Shown piece by piece: positions 56,759-64,000 of a stretch of 64,000 nucleotides of DNA (position 1 is the first letter of the stretch; the number at the start of each line of letters is the position of its first letter). Both the position numbers and the translations under genes were made by a program. The stretch lies in IMG/VR virus record IMGVR_UViG_3300021387_000463, positions 348,754-412,753 of that record, one strand, 5' to 3'. Under the pieces are notes generated by a model. The model searched no databases, was not told where the DNA came from, and saw only the letters and a program-made list of their open reading frames with translations. The stretch is from a virus (Duplodnaviria > Heunggongvirae > Uroviricota > Caudoviricetes).

Positions 56759-57786
56759 AGATAAACCTCATCAATTTGCTGGGCATTACTTAAGTGCCTA
56801 GCAATTTCTTTATATCCACCTTTCTCATATAAAGATGATGGGTCTTCATCACCTTCAACTGGTATATATCTCACCTTGCCGTAAAGGTTTCCATGATTCA
56901 AGAACTTGTAAATTTCCTTTACAGTGCTAAAGGCATCAGCATCTAAGAAGATGTTCACATTGGCATTTGCCTTTGTGATTAAATCCCAATATAATTTATA
57001 TTCCTTATTGAGTGCCTTACCCAATAATGGAATGGAATTCGGCACTACAATGTGGTCAAATGGGCCTTCTACAAGAGTAATGTCTGCATCCCATTGTACC
57101 TTATTTTCGTTAAATATGATTTCCTTTTTCTTCGCATCTGGATTATCATATTTAACCCTTGTAAACCCTTCCTTCTTAGGTAGATAGTCTCTACCAACCC
57201 AATAATTGAGTTCATCGTATTCGTTATATGATGGTATGATTATTCTGTATGAAGATTTCCTCCATTTATCATCATTCTCCTTTTCAGTGAATCCAATACC
57301 ATAACGATTGATTATATCCCACCCAATACCTCTTTCGTTAAGGTATCTCATTGCACCCTTATTATAATACTTACCTTCCTTAAATGGTCTGAAACTGGGT
57401 GGGAGCTTGAGGTCTTCCTTCTCAATGATTGATGTATCGATGTTGAAGTCATTTGAGCTGAAGTTAAGATTGTATAGTTCACTGTCTCTAATGGTACGTA
57501 TGATGTCCTTATACTCTTGTAGGAGCTTTTCATTTCCATACATTCTGATAAGCTTCACAATAGTACCACTCATGTGTTCATCAACCGAATCACATTTCCA
57601 ACAACGGAATAGCTGTTTCTGTAGGTTTACCTCCAAGTTGAATTTCCTTGCTTCCATCCATCCGTCACGTTCTACACACTTAGGACATGGGAATTGATAT
57701 TGGAATGCGTTTTCGTCAAAGCCATTCTTTGCTTCCCCAAGGAATACTGCTAGAATATTGTATAATTTCTCAAGTTCTTGTTTCAT
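56752..57786 (-). CDS. DNA primase (Zn ribbon + TOPRIM)
   Basis: CPKC...CWKC, YLNERGI, RIIIP, VEGPFD, FLDADA, DPS. Confidence 0.88.
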   Translation of the reverse strand: MKQELEKLYNILAVFLGEAKNGFDENAFQYQFPCPKCVERDGWMEARKFNLEVNLQKQLFRCWKCDSVDEHMSGTIVKLIRMYGNEKLLQEYKDIIRTIRDSELYNLNFSSNDFNIDTSIIEKEDLKLPPSFRPFKEGKYYNKGAMRYLNERGIGWDIINRYGIGFTEKENDDKWRKSSYRIIIPSYNEYDELNYWVGRDYLPKKEGFTRVKYDNPDAKKKEIIFNENKVQWDADITLVEGPFDHIVVPNSIPLLGKALNKEYKLYWDLITKANANVNIFLDADAFSTVKEIYKFLNHGNLYGKVRYIPVEGDEDPSSLYEKGGYKEIARHLSNAQQIDEVYLQ

Positions 57787-57789
57787 AAT

Positions 57790-57823
57790 TGCAAAGATAT
57801 GTTAAAATATTGAGAAAAACAAA
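57790..57823 (-). promoter_or_regulatory. Bacteroidota-type promoter for the primase gene
   Basis: Minus strand TTTG-N20-TATCTTTGCA. Confidence 0.75.
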
Positions 57824-57833
57824 TTATTAGAGA

Positions 57834-57841
57834 TATTTATA
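57834..57841 (+). promoter_or_regulatory. Putative late promoter TATTTATA
   Basis: 20 nt upstream of 57862. Confidence 0.65.
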
Positions 57842-57861
57842 AGAAATAAAATTTAGGAAAG

Positions 57862-58131
57862 ATGGCAAAGAAAATTAAAGATAGTGACATTTTAAAGGCT
57901 ATGGCGATGCATCTTGACGAGGATTCAGTTGTATTCGGAGCAAATGGTCATTATGCTGTTGGAGCATACTATGACATCACCAAGGTAAGCAGTGTATTTG
58001 GTGATAAGGATTATAATAGCCAAGACGCAATAGATGCTGCTGATTCAACTGAGGCAGCAGAAAAATATCGTACAGATGATGATAAAATGATTGAAAACTT
58101 CCAGAAAGCTGAATGGTTAAAGGAATTTTAA
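57862..58131 (+). CDS. Hypothetical late protein
   Basis: 89 aa. Confidence 0.7.
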   Translation: MAKKIKDSDILKAMAMHLDEDSVVFGANGHYAVGAYYDITKVSSVFGDKDYNSQDAIDAADSTEAAEKYRTDDDKMIENFQKAEWLKEF

Positions 58132-58169
58132 TGATGTGAATGTGAATCATTCAAAGATAATCAGAACTA

Positions 58170-59678
58170 TTGACTGTGAAAAAAAACATTGTTATAATAC
58201 ATTACAATACTCCTCTCCTTACTGAGTGCTTGGTGAGGAGTATTAATTTATTTGTCAAAGATGCAAATGTCTATGTTTTCGATAATAGCGATAAATATCC
58301 ATTTACAGCATCATTTGACAACGTTACGCTATTGGATAATACAAGAGGGGCGATAATAAATTTTGATAAGTGGCTTGAGAAGTACAAGAATAAGGGCAAT
58401 TCTCATGGTAGAGTTAACAGATGGGGAAGTGCCAAGCACTGCTATAGTGTACAAAAATGTATGGAAATTATCAAGGAAAACTTTATTTTATTGGATTCCG
58501 ATGTATTATTAAAGAAAGACATATCCGAATTATTCGATGAAACCGTTGCATATGCTGGTGAAATAATCACACAGCCACTTAGTAGTATAAAAAGGGTTTT
58601 GCCATTTATAACATACATAAACACTAAGTTGTGTCTTGAGAAGGGAATCCATTATTTCGATGATAACTACATGCATGGATTATACAAGAATTCAAATGCT
58701 GATAAGTATGACACTGGAGCTGGATTTTACGTTCATGCCTCAAAGTATCCCCACAAGTCAATAAACTATGCCGAGTATGTCACACATTATGGTCACGGTT
58801 CATGGAATAAGAAGGGATGCAAACCAGTATGTAATCCAAGTGAATGGTTAAGTGTGCATAAGAACCTTTGGTCAACTGAGAGAAACAAAAGGGTAATATA
58901 CACATGCATAACTGGTGGCTATGATGCCATAATTGAGCCTAAAGTGATTACCAAGGGATTTGATTATGTTTGCTTTACCGACAATATGAAGATGGAAAGC
59001 ACTGTGTGGGACATAAGGCCATTACCAAAGGAAACTGAAGGATTATCTCAAGTTAAGAAACAAAGATACGTTAAGATTAACCCACATCTTCTGTTAAGCG
59101 ACTACGATGTTTCAATATGGGTTGATGGAAATGTTACCATAAAGAGCAATTTGAATGAATTCCTAAGTAAGTTCTTGAGAAACGATTATTCAATATATGT
59201 TCCAAAACATCCAGCTAGGGATTGTATATATTCTGAATCTAAGGCTGTGGTTGCAATGAAGAAGGATACCAAGGCAAATGTGACACCTCAGATTGAGAGA
59301 TACAAGAAAGAAGGTTTTCCTAAGAACTATGGTCTATTGCAGAGCAACATAATGCTTAGAGTACATAACAATGAAGATTGTATAAAATTCATGGAACAAT
59401 GGTTTGAGGAACTTAAGAATGGTTCTCATAGAGACCAATTATCTTTCAACTATGTTGCATGGAAAAACGAAGATATTAAGGTGTTCTATCTCGATAAGAC
59501 AATATATAAGTCACAATGGTTTAGTTGGGGAGCTGGACATAGAAGGACTACTAAGACATCCTCAATGGAAATAAACTCATTGAAACGCAAGAAATCAAGT
59601 ACTCAATTAAGGGAGGAATTCAGAGCAATAATGGAGAATCGAAGAAGAATACCAACTTATAAGATTAATATTTACTAA
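58170..59678 (+). CDS. Two-domain glycosyltransferase: GT2-like plus DUF616 (TOD1/MUCI70-like)
   Basis: 'IIHYNTP...FDNSD...LLDSDVL'; second domain 'IYTCITGGYD...CFTD...IWVDGN...HPARDCIY...RDQLSFNY'. Confidence 0.85.
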   Translation: MTVKKNIVIIHYNTPLLTECLVRSINLFVKDANVYVFDNSDKYPFTASFDNVTLLDNTRGAIINFDKWLEKYKNKGNSHGRVNRWGSAKHCYSVQKCMEIIKENFILLDSDVLLKKDISELFDETVAYAGEIITQPLSSIKRVLPFITYINTKLCLEKGIHYFDDNYMHGLYKNSNADKYDTGAGFYVHASKYPHKSINYAEYVTHYGHGSWNKKGCKPVCNPSEWLSVHKNLWSTERNKRVIYTCITGGYDAIIEPKVITKGFDYVCFTDNMKMESTVWDIRPLPKETEGLSQVKKQRYVKINPHLLLSDYDVSIWVDGNVTIKSNLNEFLSKFLRNDYSIYVPKHPARDCIYSESKAVVAMKKDTKANVTPQIERYKKEGFPKNYGLLQSNIMLRVHNNEDCIKFMEQWFEELKNGSHRDQLSFNYVAWKNEDIKVFYLDKTIYKSQWFSWGAGHRRTTKTSSMEINSLKRKKSSTQLREEFRAIMENRRRIPTYKINIY

Positions 59679-59682
59679 TGTT

Positions 59683-60012
59683 ATGATTACAGTTAAGAAT
59701 TTAATGTCAATAGAGAGGATTCTATTGGAGATTTATACAAAGCACAAGTTTGAATTGGACTTTAACACCGTTTATAAGCTTTATGATTATCTTAGGGTGA
59801 TTGGTAGAATAACAAACTACTCATTTCAGATTCAAGATGAATACTATCAAACAACCAAGGATGAAGAGAAAATGAAAGCCTTTCATGAGAAGGTGCTTAA
59901 TGGTGAGGTTGATTATGATTGGGTAAAGACTGCATCGTTTATTGGTGAACTTATGGAAGAACTTAAGAACAATGAGGTTAATGAAATGGTTAACAAACTG
60001 AAGTTTTGGTAA
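59683..60012 (+). CDS. Hypothetical protein
   Basis: 109 aa. Confidence 0.7.
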   Translation: MITVKNLMSIERILLEIYTKHKFELDFNTVYKLYDYLRVIGRITNYSFQIQDEYYQTTKDEEKMKAFHEKVLNGEVDYDWVKTASFIGELMEELKNNEVNEMVNKLKFW

Positions 60013-60018
60013 ATAAAG

Positions 60019-60075
60019 GTTAAAATTGGATTGATTATTTGGTCAGTCCAATTTTTTTTCGTACATTTGCAGCAA
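60019..60075 (+). promoter_or_regulatory. Composite stem-loop plus Bacteroidota-type promoter (sister of 55510)
   Basis: Hairpin AATTGGATTGA/TCAGTCCAATT; TTTG at 60038; TACATTTG at 60062. Confidence 0.7.
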
Positions 60076-60096
60076 AAGTTTTAAAAATGAAATAAT

Positions 60097-60453
60097 ATGG
60101 ATAAAAGTATTAAGGAATTTCTCTTGAAGGTATTGAATGTCATTGAAAGAGAAGCAGAGGGAGAAAATGTTCACATTTGTGAAGAGTTTTCATCAGAAGA
60201 GGTGAAAGACATTCTCAAGAAAGAGTTTGGTTGGAAAGAGCCTTCTTATGGTAAACTTTCAAAAAACCAAATCTTTGAAGCAGCAGATGAGTTCACCTAC
60301 GGTGATGAATATGAGAACTTATGTAAAAACGGTTTGACAAAGGAAAACAAAGAAAAGGCTTTGAAATTTCTTTTTAACTACTGGAAGATTACTGAAGTAA
60401 CCAAAGATGCCGAGAAAGAATTTTTTAAATGGATTAAAAACGAAATAAAATGA
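60097..60453 (+). CDS. Hypothetical early protein
   Basis: 118 aa. Confidence 0.7.
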   Translation: MDKSIKEFLLKVLNVIEREAEGENVHICEEFSSEEVKDILKKEFGWKEPSYGKLSKNQIFEAADEFTYGDEYENLCKNGLTKENKEKALKFLFNYWKITEVTKDAEKEFFKWIKNEIK

Positions 60454-60848
60454 TTGCATTAGTAATTACATTAATTATTTTAGTGGCAGTTCTCGTAGTA
60501 GTTGTTATCAATCGCATCTTCATCAAGGAAGAGGACTTGATTGTAAAGGCAGAGAAGAATTGGTTCTATCACACCTTGGCAAAGGTAACTTGCCCCAAGT
60601 ATGATGGCTACATCATGGATGACAATGAGAAGAAAGCTATGGAAGAGTTTATATCGAAGCCATCTGAGTACGATAGTCATCCAGTAGGCAGTTACCTCAA
60701 GATGCGTAAGGAACTGAAGGACATTCTTGTCACCGCTGGGAATTTTCATGGTTACAAACTGAATTTCAACCTTGGTGAGATTGGAACTGGACTTGCTGTA
60801 ATGGTTTTGTTTGGCATTGTCGTAACATTGGGAGTTGTATTATGTTAA
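60450..60848 (+). CDS. Membrane protein with N- and C-terminal TM helices
   Basis: Hydrophobic termini. Confidence 0.7.
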   Translation: MIALVITLIILVAVLVVVVINRIFIKEEDLIVKAEKNWFYHTLAKVTCPKYDGYIMDDNEKKAMEEFISKPSEYDSHPVGSYLKMRKELKDILVTAGNFHGYKLNFNLGEIGTGLAVMVLFGIVVTLGVVLC

Positions 60849-61558
60849 CAAATAGAATTCCAACAGAACGGCTATTCCATAACGATAGGATGTGGTATAG
60901 CTTCGAGGGATATGACAAAAAGAATCAGCCCATCATAAAGGAAGTGCCAAGTGGTTGCGAAAGTAGAGTTGGTGATGGTAAGCATTTTTATTATTCAGAT
61001 GGCCGTGAGGAATTATATAACCATTGGGTTAATAACCTTAACAATCAAGATGAGTATGAGAAACTTACTAGTGAATACAGCACATTGATAAAGGGAATAA
61101 AGGATAAGAAGATTAAGAACAAACTTTATTACAACTATCCACCTTTCTTCCAATACCATATTGCTCTCTGTGATGCAAAACAGATAACGTTAGAGGAATT
61201 GTCTGACAGAATCGCACAACACATGGACAAGATAGTCAAACATTTCCGTGTTGGTATGGTAATGTCAGAATGGTCTCCAGATGCGCATTGGAATTTCATT
61301 GTCACTAAATTCAAATACAACAGAAAAACTAGGATTTTTACTGTTGGTATGCTCAGTTTTTTTAAGCAGTTTGGTAATGTTGGTGAAGAGAATGAGGAAA
61401 CTTTTGACCTTAAAACACGTAAAGGCATTTCAGAACTTGCTAGGTTCATGGGCTATGATAGAGGATATTGGCAAGATTTGAATAAACTCATTGAAGCTTA
61501 TCAAGAGAAGGTTGACAAACAAATCAAGTTCATTAATTCTGTTAAAAAGCTACTCTAA
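60842..61558 (+). CDS. Hypothetical protein
   Basis: 238 aa. Confidence 0.7.
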   Translation: MLTNRIPTERLFHNDRMWYSFEGYDKKNQPIIKEVPSGCESRVGDGKHFYYSDGREELYNHWVNNLNNQDEYEKLTSEYSTLIKGIKDKKIKNKLYYNYPPFFQYHIALCDAKQITLEELSDRIAQHMDKIVKHFRVGMVMSEWSPDAHWNFIVTKFKYNRKTRIFTVGMLSFFKQFGNVGEENEETFDLKTRKGISELARFMGYDRGYWQDLNKLIEAYQEKVDKQIKFINSVKKLL

Positions 61559-61564
61559 AAAATA

Positions 61565-61594
61565 AAAGCGAGATTCTTAATTGAGTCTCGCTTT
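61565..61594. terminator. Bidirectional terminator
   Basis: AAAGCGAGATTC/GAGTCTCGCTTT. Confidence 0.75.
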
Positions 61595-62372
61595 ATTTGT
61601 TCACATCTATGTATGTTGTTCTTTTATCTTCCTTATTCCAATATTTGATAACGTAGTTAATTTCCCTTGTTCCTTTTCCATCGTTGGTCTCTCCAATAAT
61701 CTCACTTGTAAATTCTAGTTCCCCAAATCTTTTCTTGTTCATGAAGCCTAAAACAGCCACATAAGCATCGCAAGCATCGAAGTTTTCCTTCTTAAGTTCA
61801 TCCTTCTTATTGTATAACCATTCAATATCAGGAAAAACGTCAGCAACCTTTCCTTGGATAACTGTTTTCTTATCAATAGTCCAAGGGTATCCTCCAAACA
61901 ACACCAACTTACAGTCCTTAATCTCCTTATGAATCTTTGAGAATTCATATTGCTTTTCATCCTTACCATATTTCCTTATTGACATAAGTTCTGGGAATGA
62001 ATACTCTCTAGCATCATAGGATGATATGTAGTTTGGAACAATCCCTAAGATGTTATAAACGCAGTCTGAGACCATTCCATTGAACCTAAGTAGTGTTGAT
62101 ACCGTATTGACGTTATTCGACCTCAGAAGAGGCTCTTCTATAACTACATGGTCAATTCCGAAGTCCTTATACTTGATAAGGAACTCTTCAAATATCTTTT
62201 TCTTCAAGAACAGTTGTTCTATACCCTTAATCTTGTTTGAAACCTTTGGGCTGATGTGGGTTAATTCTACAATCTTACCATAGTCAGAACCATCATCGAT
62301 GATGATGCTGATACCGATACATGCAGTACTCACATCTAACCCTAAATATATTTCTTTTCCTTCTTTATTCAT
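61593..62372 (-). CDS. RuvC-like Holliday junction resolvase
   Basis: LGLDVST, VVIEEP, DKK, FDACDAY acidic tetrad. Confidence 0.85.
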   Translation of the reverse strand: MNKEGKEIYLGLDVSTACIGISIIIDDGSDYGKIVELTHISPKVSNKIKGIEQLFLKKKIFEEFLIKYKDFGIDHVVIEEPLLRSNNVNTVSTLLRFNGMVSDCVYNILGIVPNYISSYDAREYSFPELMSIRKYGKDEKQYEFSKIHKEIKDCKLVLFGGYPWTIDKKTVIQGKVADVFPDIEWLYNKKDELKKENFDACDAYVAVLGFMNKKRFGELEFTSEIIGETNDGKGTREINYVIKYWNKEDKRTTYIDVNK

Positions 62373-62375
62373 ATT

Positions 62376-62738
62376 TCATTCTTCTATATCACGATATTCT
62401 TTTATAAAACTTTCTTCAAAATGCTTTTGCATATCATTAATCATTGAACGTCTGCCTTCATCGAACATTTTTCTTTCTTTTTTTTGGAATTTGTAATATT
62501 CGTCATAGGCTCGTTTTATATCAATTCCGTCATCCCAAAATGGAATTGGGTGATGTTCATCATACTTAGGTAAACCAAATTCTTTGCATTCCTCTATTAA
62601 CTTATCAAACCCAAAAACTGGAGTAATAGTACATGCAATGGCATCACCTCTTCCATTGTCAGTTATATACCCTAGTTTTTGCTCTTTACCATCATTTGTT
62701 ATTCTAAACAGTTTATTATCTTTTACAATATATTCCAT
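62376..62738 (-). CDS. Hypothetical protein
   Basis: 120 aa. Confidence 0.65.
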   Translation of the reverse strand: MEYIVKDNKLFRITNDGKEQKLGYITDNGRGDAIACTITPVFGFDKLIEECKEFGLPKYDEHHPIPFWDDGIDIKRAYDEYYKFQKKERKMFDEGRRSMINDMQKHFEESFIKEYRDIEE

Positions 62739-62811
62739 ATATAATATTAAATAATATATTAAAATAATATAATATATTCATATAGATTTAAATAAAATTT
62801 ATTAAAAATAA

Positions 62812-62845
62812 TTTGTTTTTTTAACATTTTTTATATATCTTTGCA
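62812..62845 (+). promoter_or_regulatory. Bacteroidota-type promoter
   Basis: TTTG at 62812 and TATCTTTG at 62836. Confidence 0.8.
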
Positions 62846-62859
62846 TTAAACATTGTACT

Positions 62860-63210
62860 ATGGGAAGATTGTATGTAAACCAGACACTTGAAAAACAGAT
62901 ACGGCAATACTGCGAATACAATGAGATTGAAGACGTGAATGCTTTTGCAAATCGTTGTTTATCTCAGGGTTTCAATATTGTCAAGTTTGGTGTTTCCCCA
63001 AGTGATAATAAAGAAAGAGAAAATAACGGAATTAAAGATTTCAAGAAAAATGAAAGTAGAAAGGAAAAAGAACCTCCTACAAAAGATAAAGGAGAACAGA
63101 AGGAAAACAGTGGAGAAAGACTTGAAGAGCACAAAGAAGAAAGCAAACCAACTGAAGAAAGAAAAGAAGGTGTAACTATCAGAAAGATTCAAATTATTAA
63201 AAAACAATAA
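62860..63210 (+). CDS. Small protein with a ribbon-helix-helix-like N-terminus and charged tail
   Basis: 'LYVNQTLEKQIRQYCEYNEIEDVNAFANRCL'. Confidence 0.6.
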   Translation: MGRLYVNQTLEKQIRQYCEYNEIEDVNAFANRCLSQGFNIVKFGVSPSDNKERENNGIKDFKKNESRKEKEPPTKDKGEQKENSGERLEEHKEESKPTEERKEGVTIRKIQIIKKQ

Positions 63211-63212
63211 AC

Positions 63213-64000
63213 ATGATAGATATAAAGAGCAAGGGAAGAATTAATGTACACTGGAACGTTTCCCCTTATGACTATAATAAGGAAAAGGAGAAATCAATCA
63301 TTGCAAAGTTCAGTAAGAAATACAATCTTCCAAAAGAGAAGATTAAGGTAATACCAGAGTTTTTAATGATTGATGACGAAGGTAAAGAGATTTCTCTCAA
63401 TGCTGATGTGATACAGAATGTTCAAGACCCACAATTTCAAATCAAGTTATTTGAGTCATACCTTAAAACAAAGAATATAGCCAATTATGACTTTGAGTTG
63501 ATAAAGAAGATTGATGCTGAGATTAATGGAAAGATTGACTACAAAGTTTATGATAAGTATAGAAGATACTCTATCAAATGGATACGCTGGAGCAATTTCC
63601 TAAGTTATGGTAAAGATAATTATTTTGATTTTACGAACATACATGGTCTTACTTCATTAAGTGGCGAAAACCAGAGTGGTAAAACGACACTATCAATTGA
63701 TTTGATTCATTTTTTACTGTTTGGTAAAACTGAAAAGGTCGCAACTCAAGATAAGATATTCAATAAGCACTTACCAAATGAAATCAATGTTGTGGTAGAA
63801 GGGTGTATCAATATAGATGGTACTGATTATGTCATCAAGAGAACTCTAATGAGGCCAGCGTTGAATAGAAGAACCGATAAGAGCAAGACAACACAGAGGG
63901 TTGAATACTATAGGATAGTAGGAGATTCAAAGGAAGAACTTGAAGAGTATGATATTGAGAACCAGCAAGAGGAGAATGGTATTCAAACCAACAAGGCCAT
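63213..64000 (+). CDS. SbcC/Rad50/T4 gp46-like ATPase (3' truncated)
   Basis: Hand translation: 'IKWIRWSNFLSYG...LSGENQSGKTT...FLLFGKT'; runs off the window. Confidence 0.85.
   Translation, partial: MIDIKSKGRINVHWNVSPYDYNKEKEKSIIAKFSKKYNLPKEKIKVIPEFLMIDDEGKEISLNADVIQNVQDPQFQIKLFESYLKTKNIANYDFELIKKIDAEINGKIDYKVYDKYRRYSIKWIRWSNFLSYGKDNYFDFTNIHGLTSLSGENQSGKTTLSIDLIHFLLFGKTEKVATQDKIFNKHLPNEINVVVEGCINIDGTDYVIKRTLMRPALNRRTDKSKTTQRVEYYRIVGDSKEELEEYDIENQQEENGIQTNKA

Noticed and set aside
61593-62372. RuvC protein as a TnpB/Cas12-like RNA-guided nuclease
   Set aside because: It is a compact resolvase-type RuvC with no zinc finger, recognition lobe or adjacent ncRNA space.
62739-62811. AT-only intergenic tract as an origin
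   Set aside because: It is adequately explained as a divergent promoter/UP region; no iterons were seen.
1-64000. Genome-wide stop-codon recoding (TAG=Gln as in Lak phages, or TGA=Trp)
   Set aside because: Long genes are intact in code 11, and TAG (8824, 30344) and TGA end genes normally. Only one internal TGA was seen.
1-64000. CRISPR array, tRNA or rRNA genes
   Set aside because: No regularly spaced repeats with unique spacers and no cloverleaf-like sequences in the short intergenic gaps.

Overview
A 64-kb, AT-rich segment of a large T4-like (myovirus-type) jumbo phage genome that very probably infects a Bacteroidota host. The host call rests on repeated TTTG-N19/20-TAnnTTTG promoters and A/T-rich translation starts without Shine-Dalgarno motifs. 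The genetic code is standard (TAG is used as a stop). Replication and recombination genes: gp32-like SSB, UvsX/RecA, SNF2 helicase, primase, RuvC-like resolvase and a truncated gp46/SbcC. Nucleotide metabolism genes: thymidine kinase, dUTPase, GMP reductase/IMPDH-family enzyme and PhoH. Virion and lysis genes: baseplate hub with lysozyme and CHAP-like domains, spike, neck/tail-completion proteins, two fibre-like proteins and a GH108 endolysin. The window also holds a gp55-like late sigma factor, five glycosyltransferase genes, an acyltransferase, a protein kinase, a WYL protein, an SPFH membrane cassette and a GIY-YIG endonuclease with seven repeats. Two promoter classes are visible: host-type, and a phage late motif TATTTATA. 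The most interesting signals are (1) a stand-alone copy of the major-capsid N-terminus inside a glycosyltransferase operon, (2) a shared N-terminal leader that may address diverse cargo, including the kinase, to the head, (3) the modular-repeat nuclease, (4) structured leaders and attenuators before the late sigma gene and phoH, and (5) apparent GATC avoidance. All functional calls come from motif recognition by eye; no searches were run.
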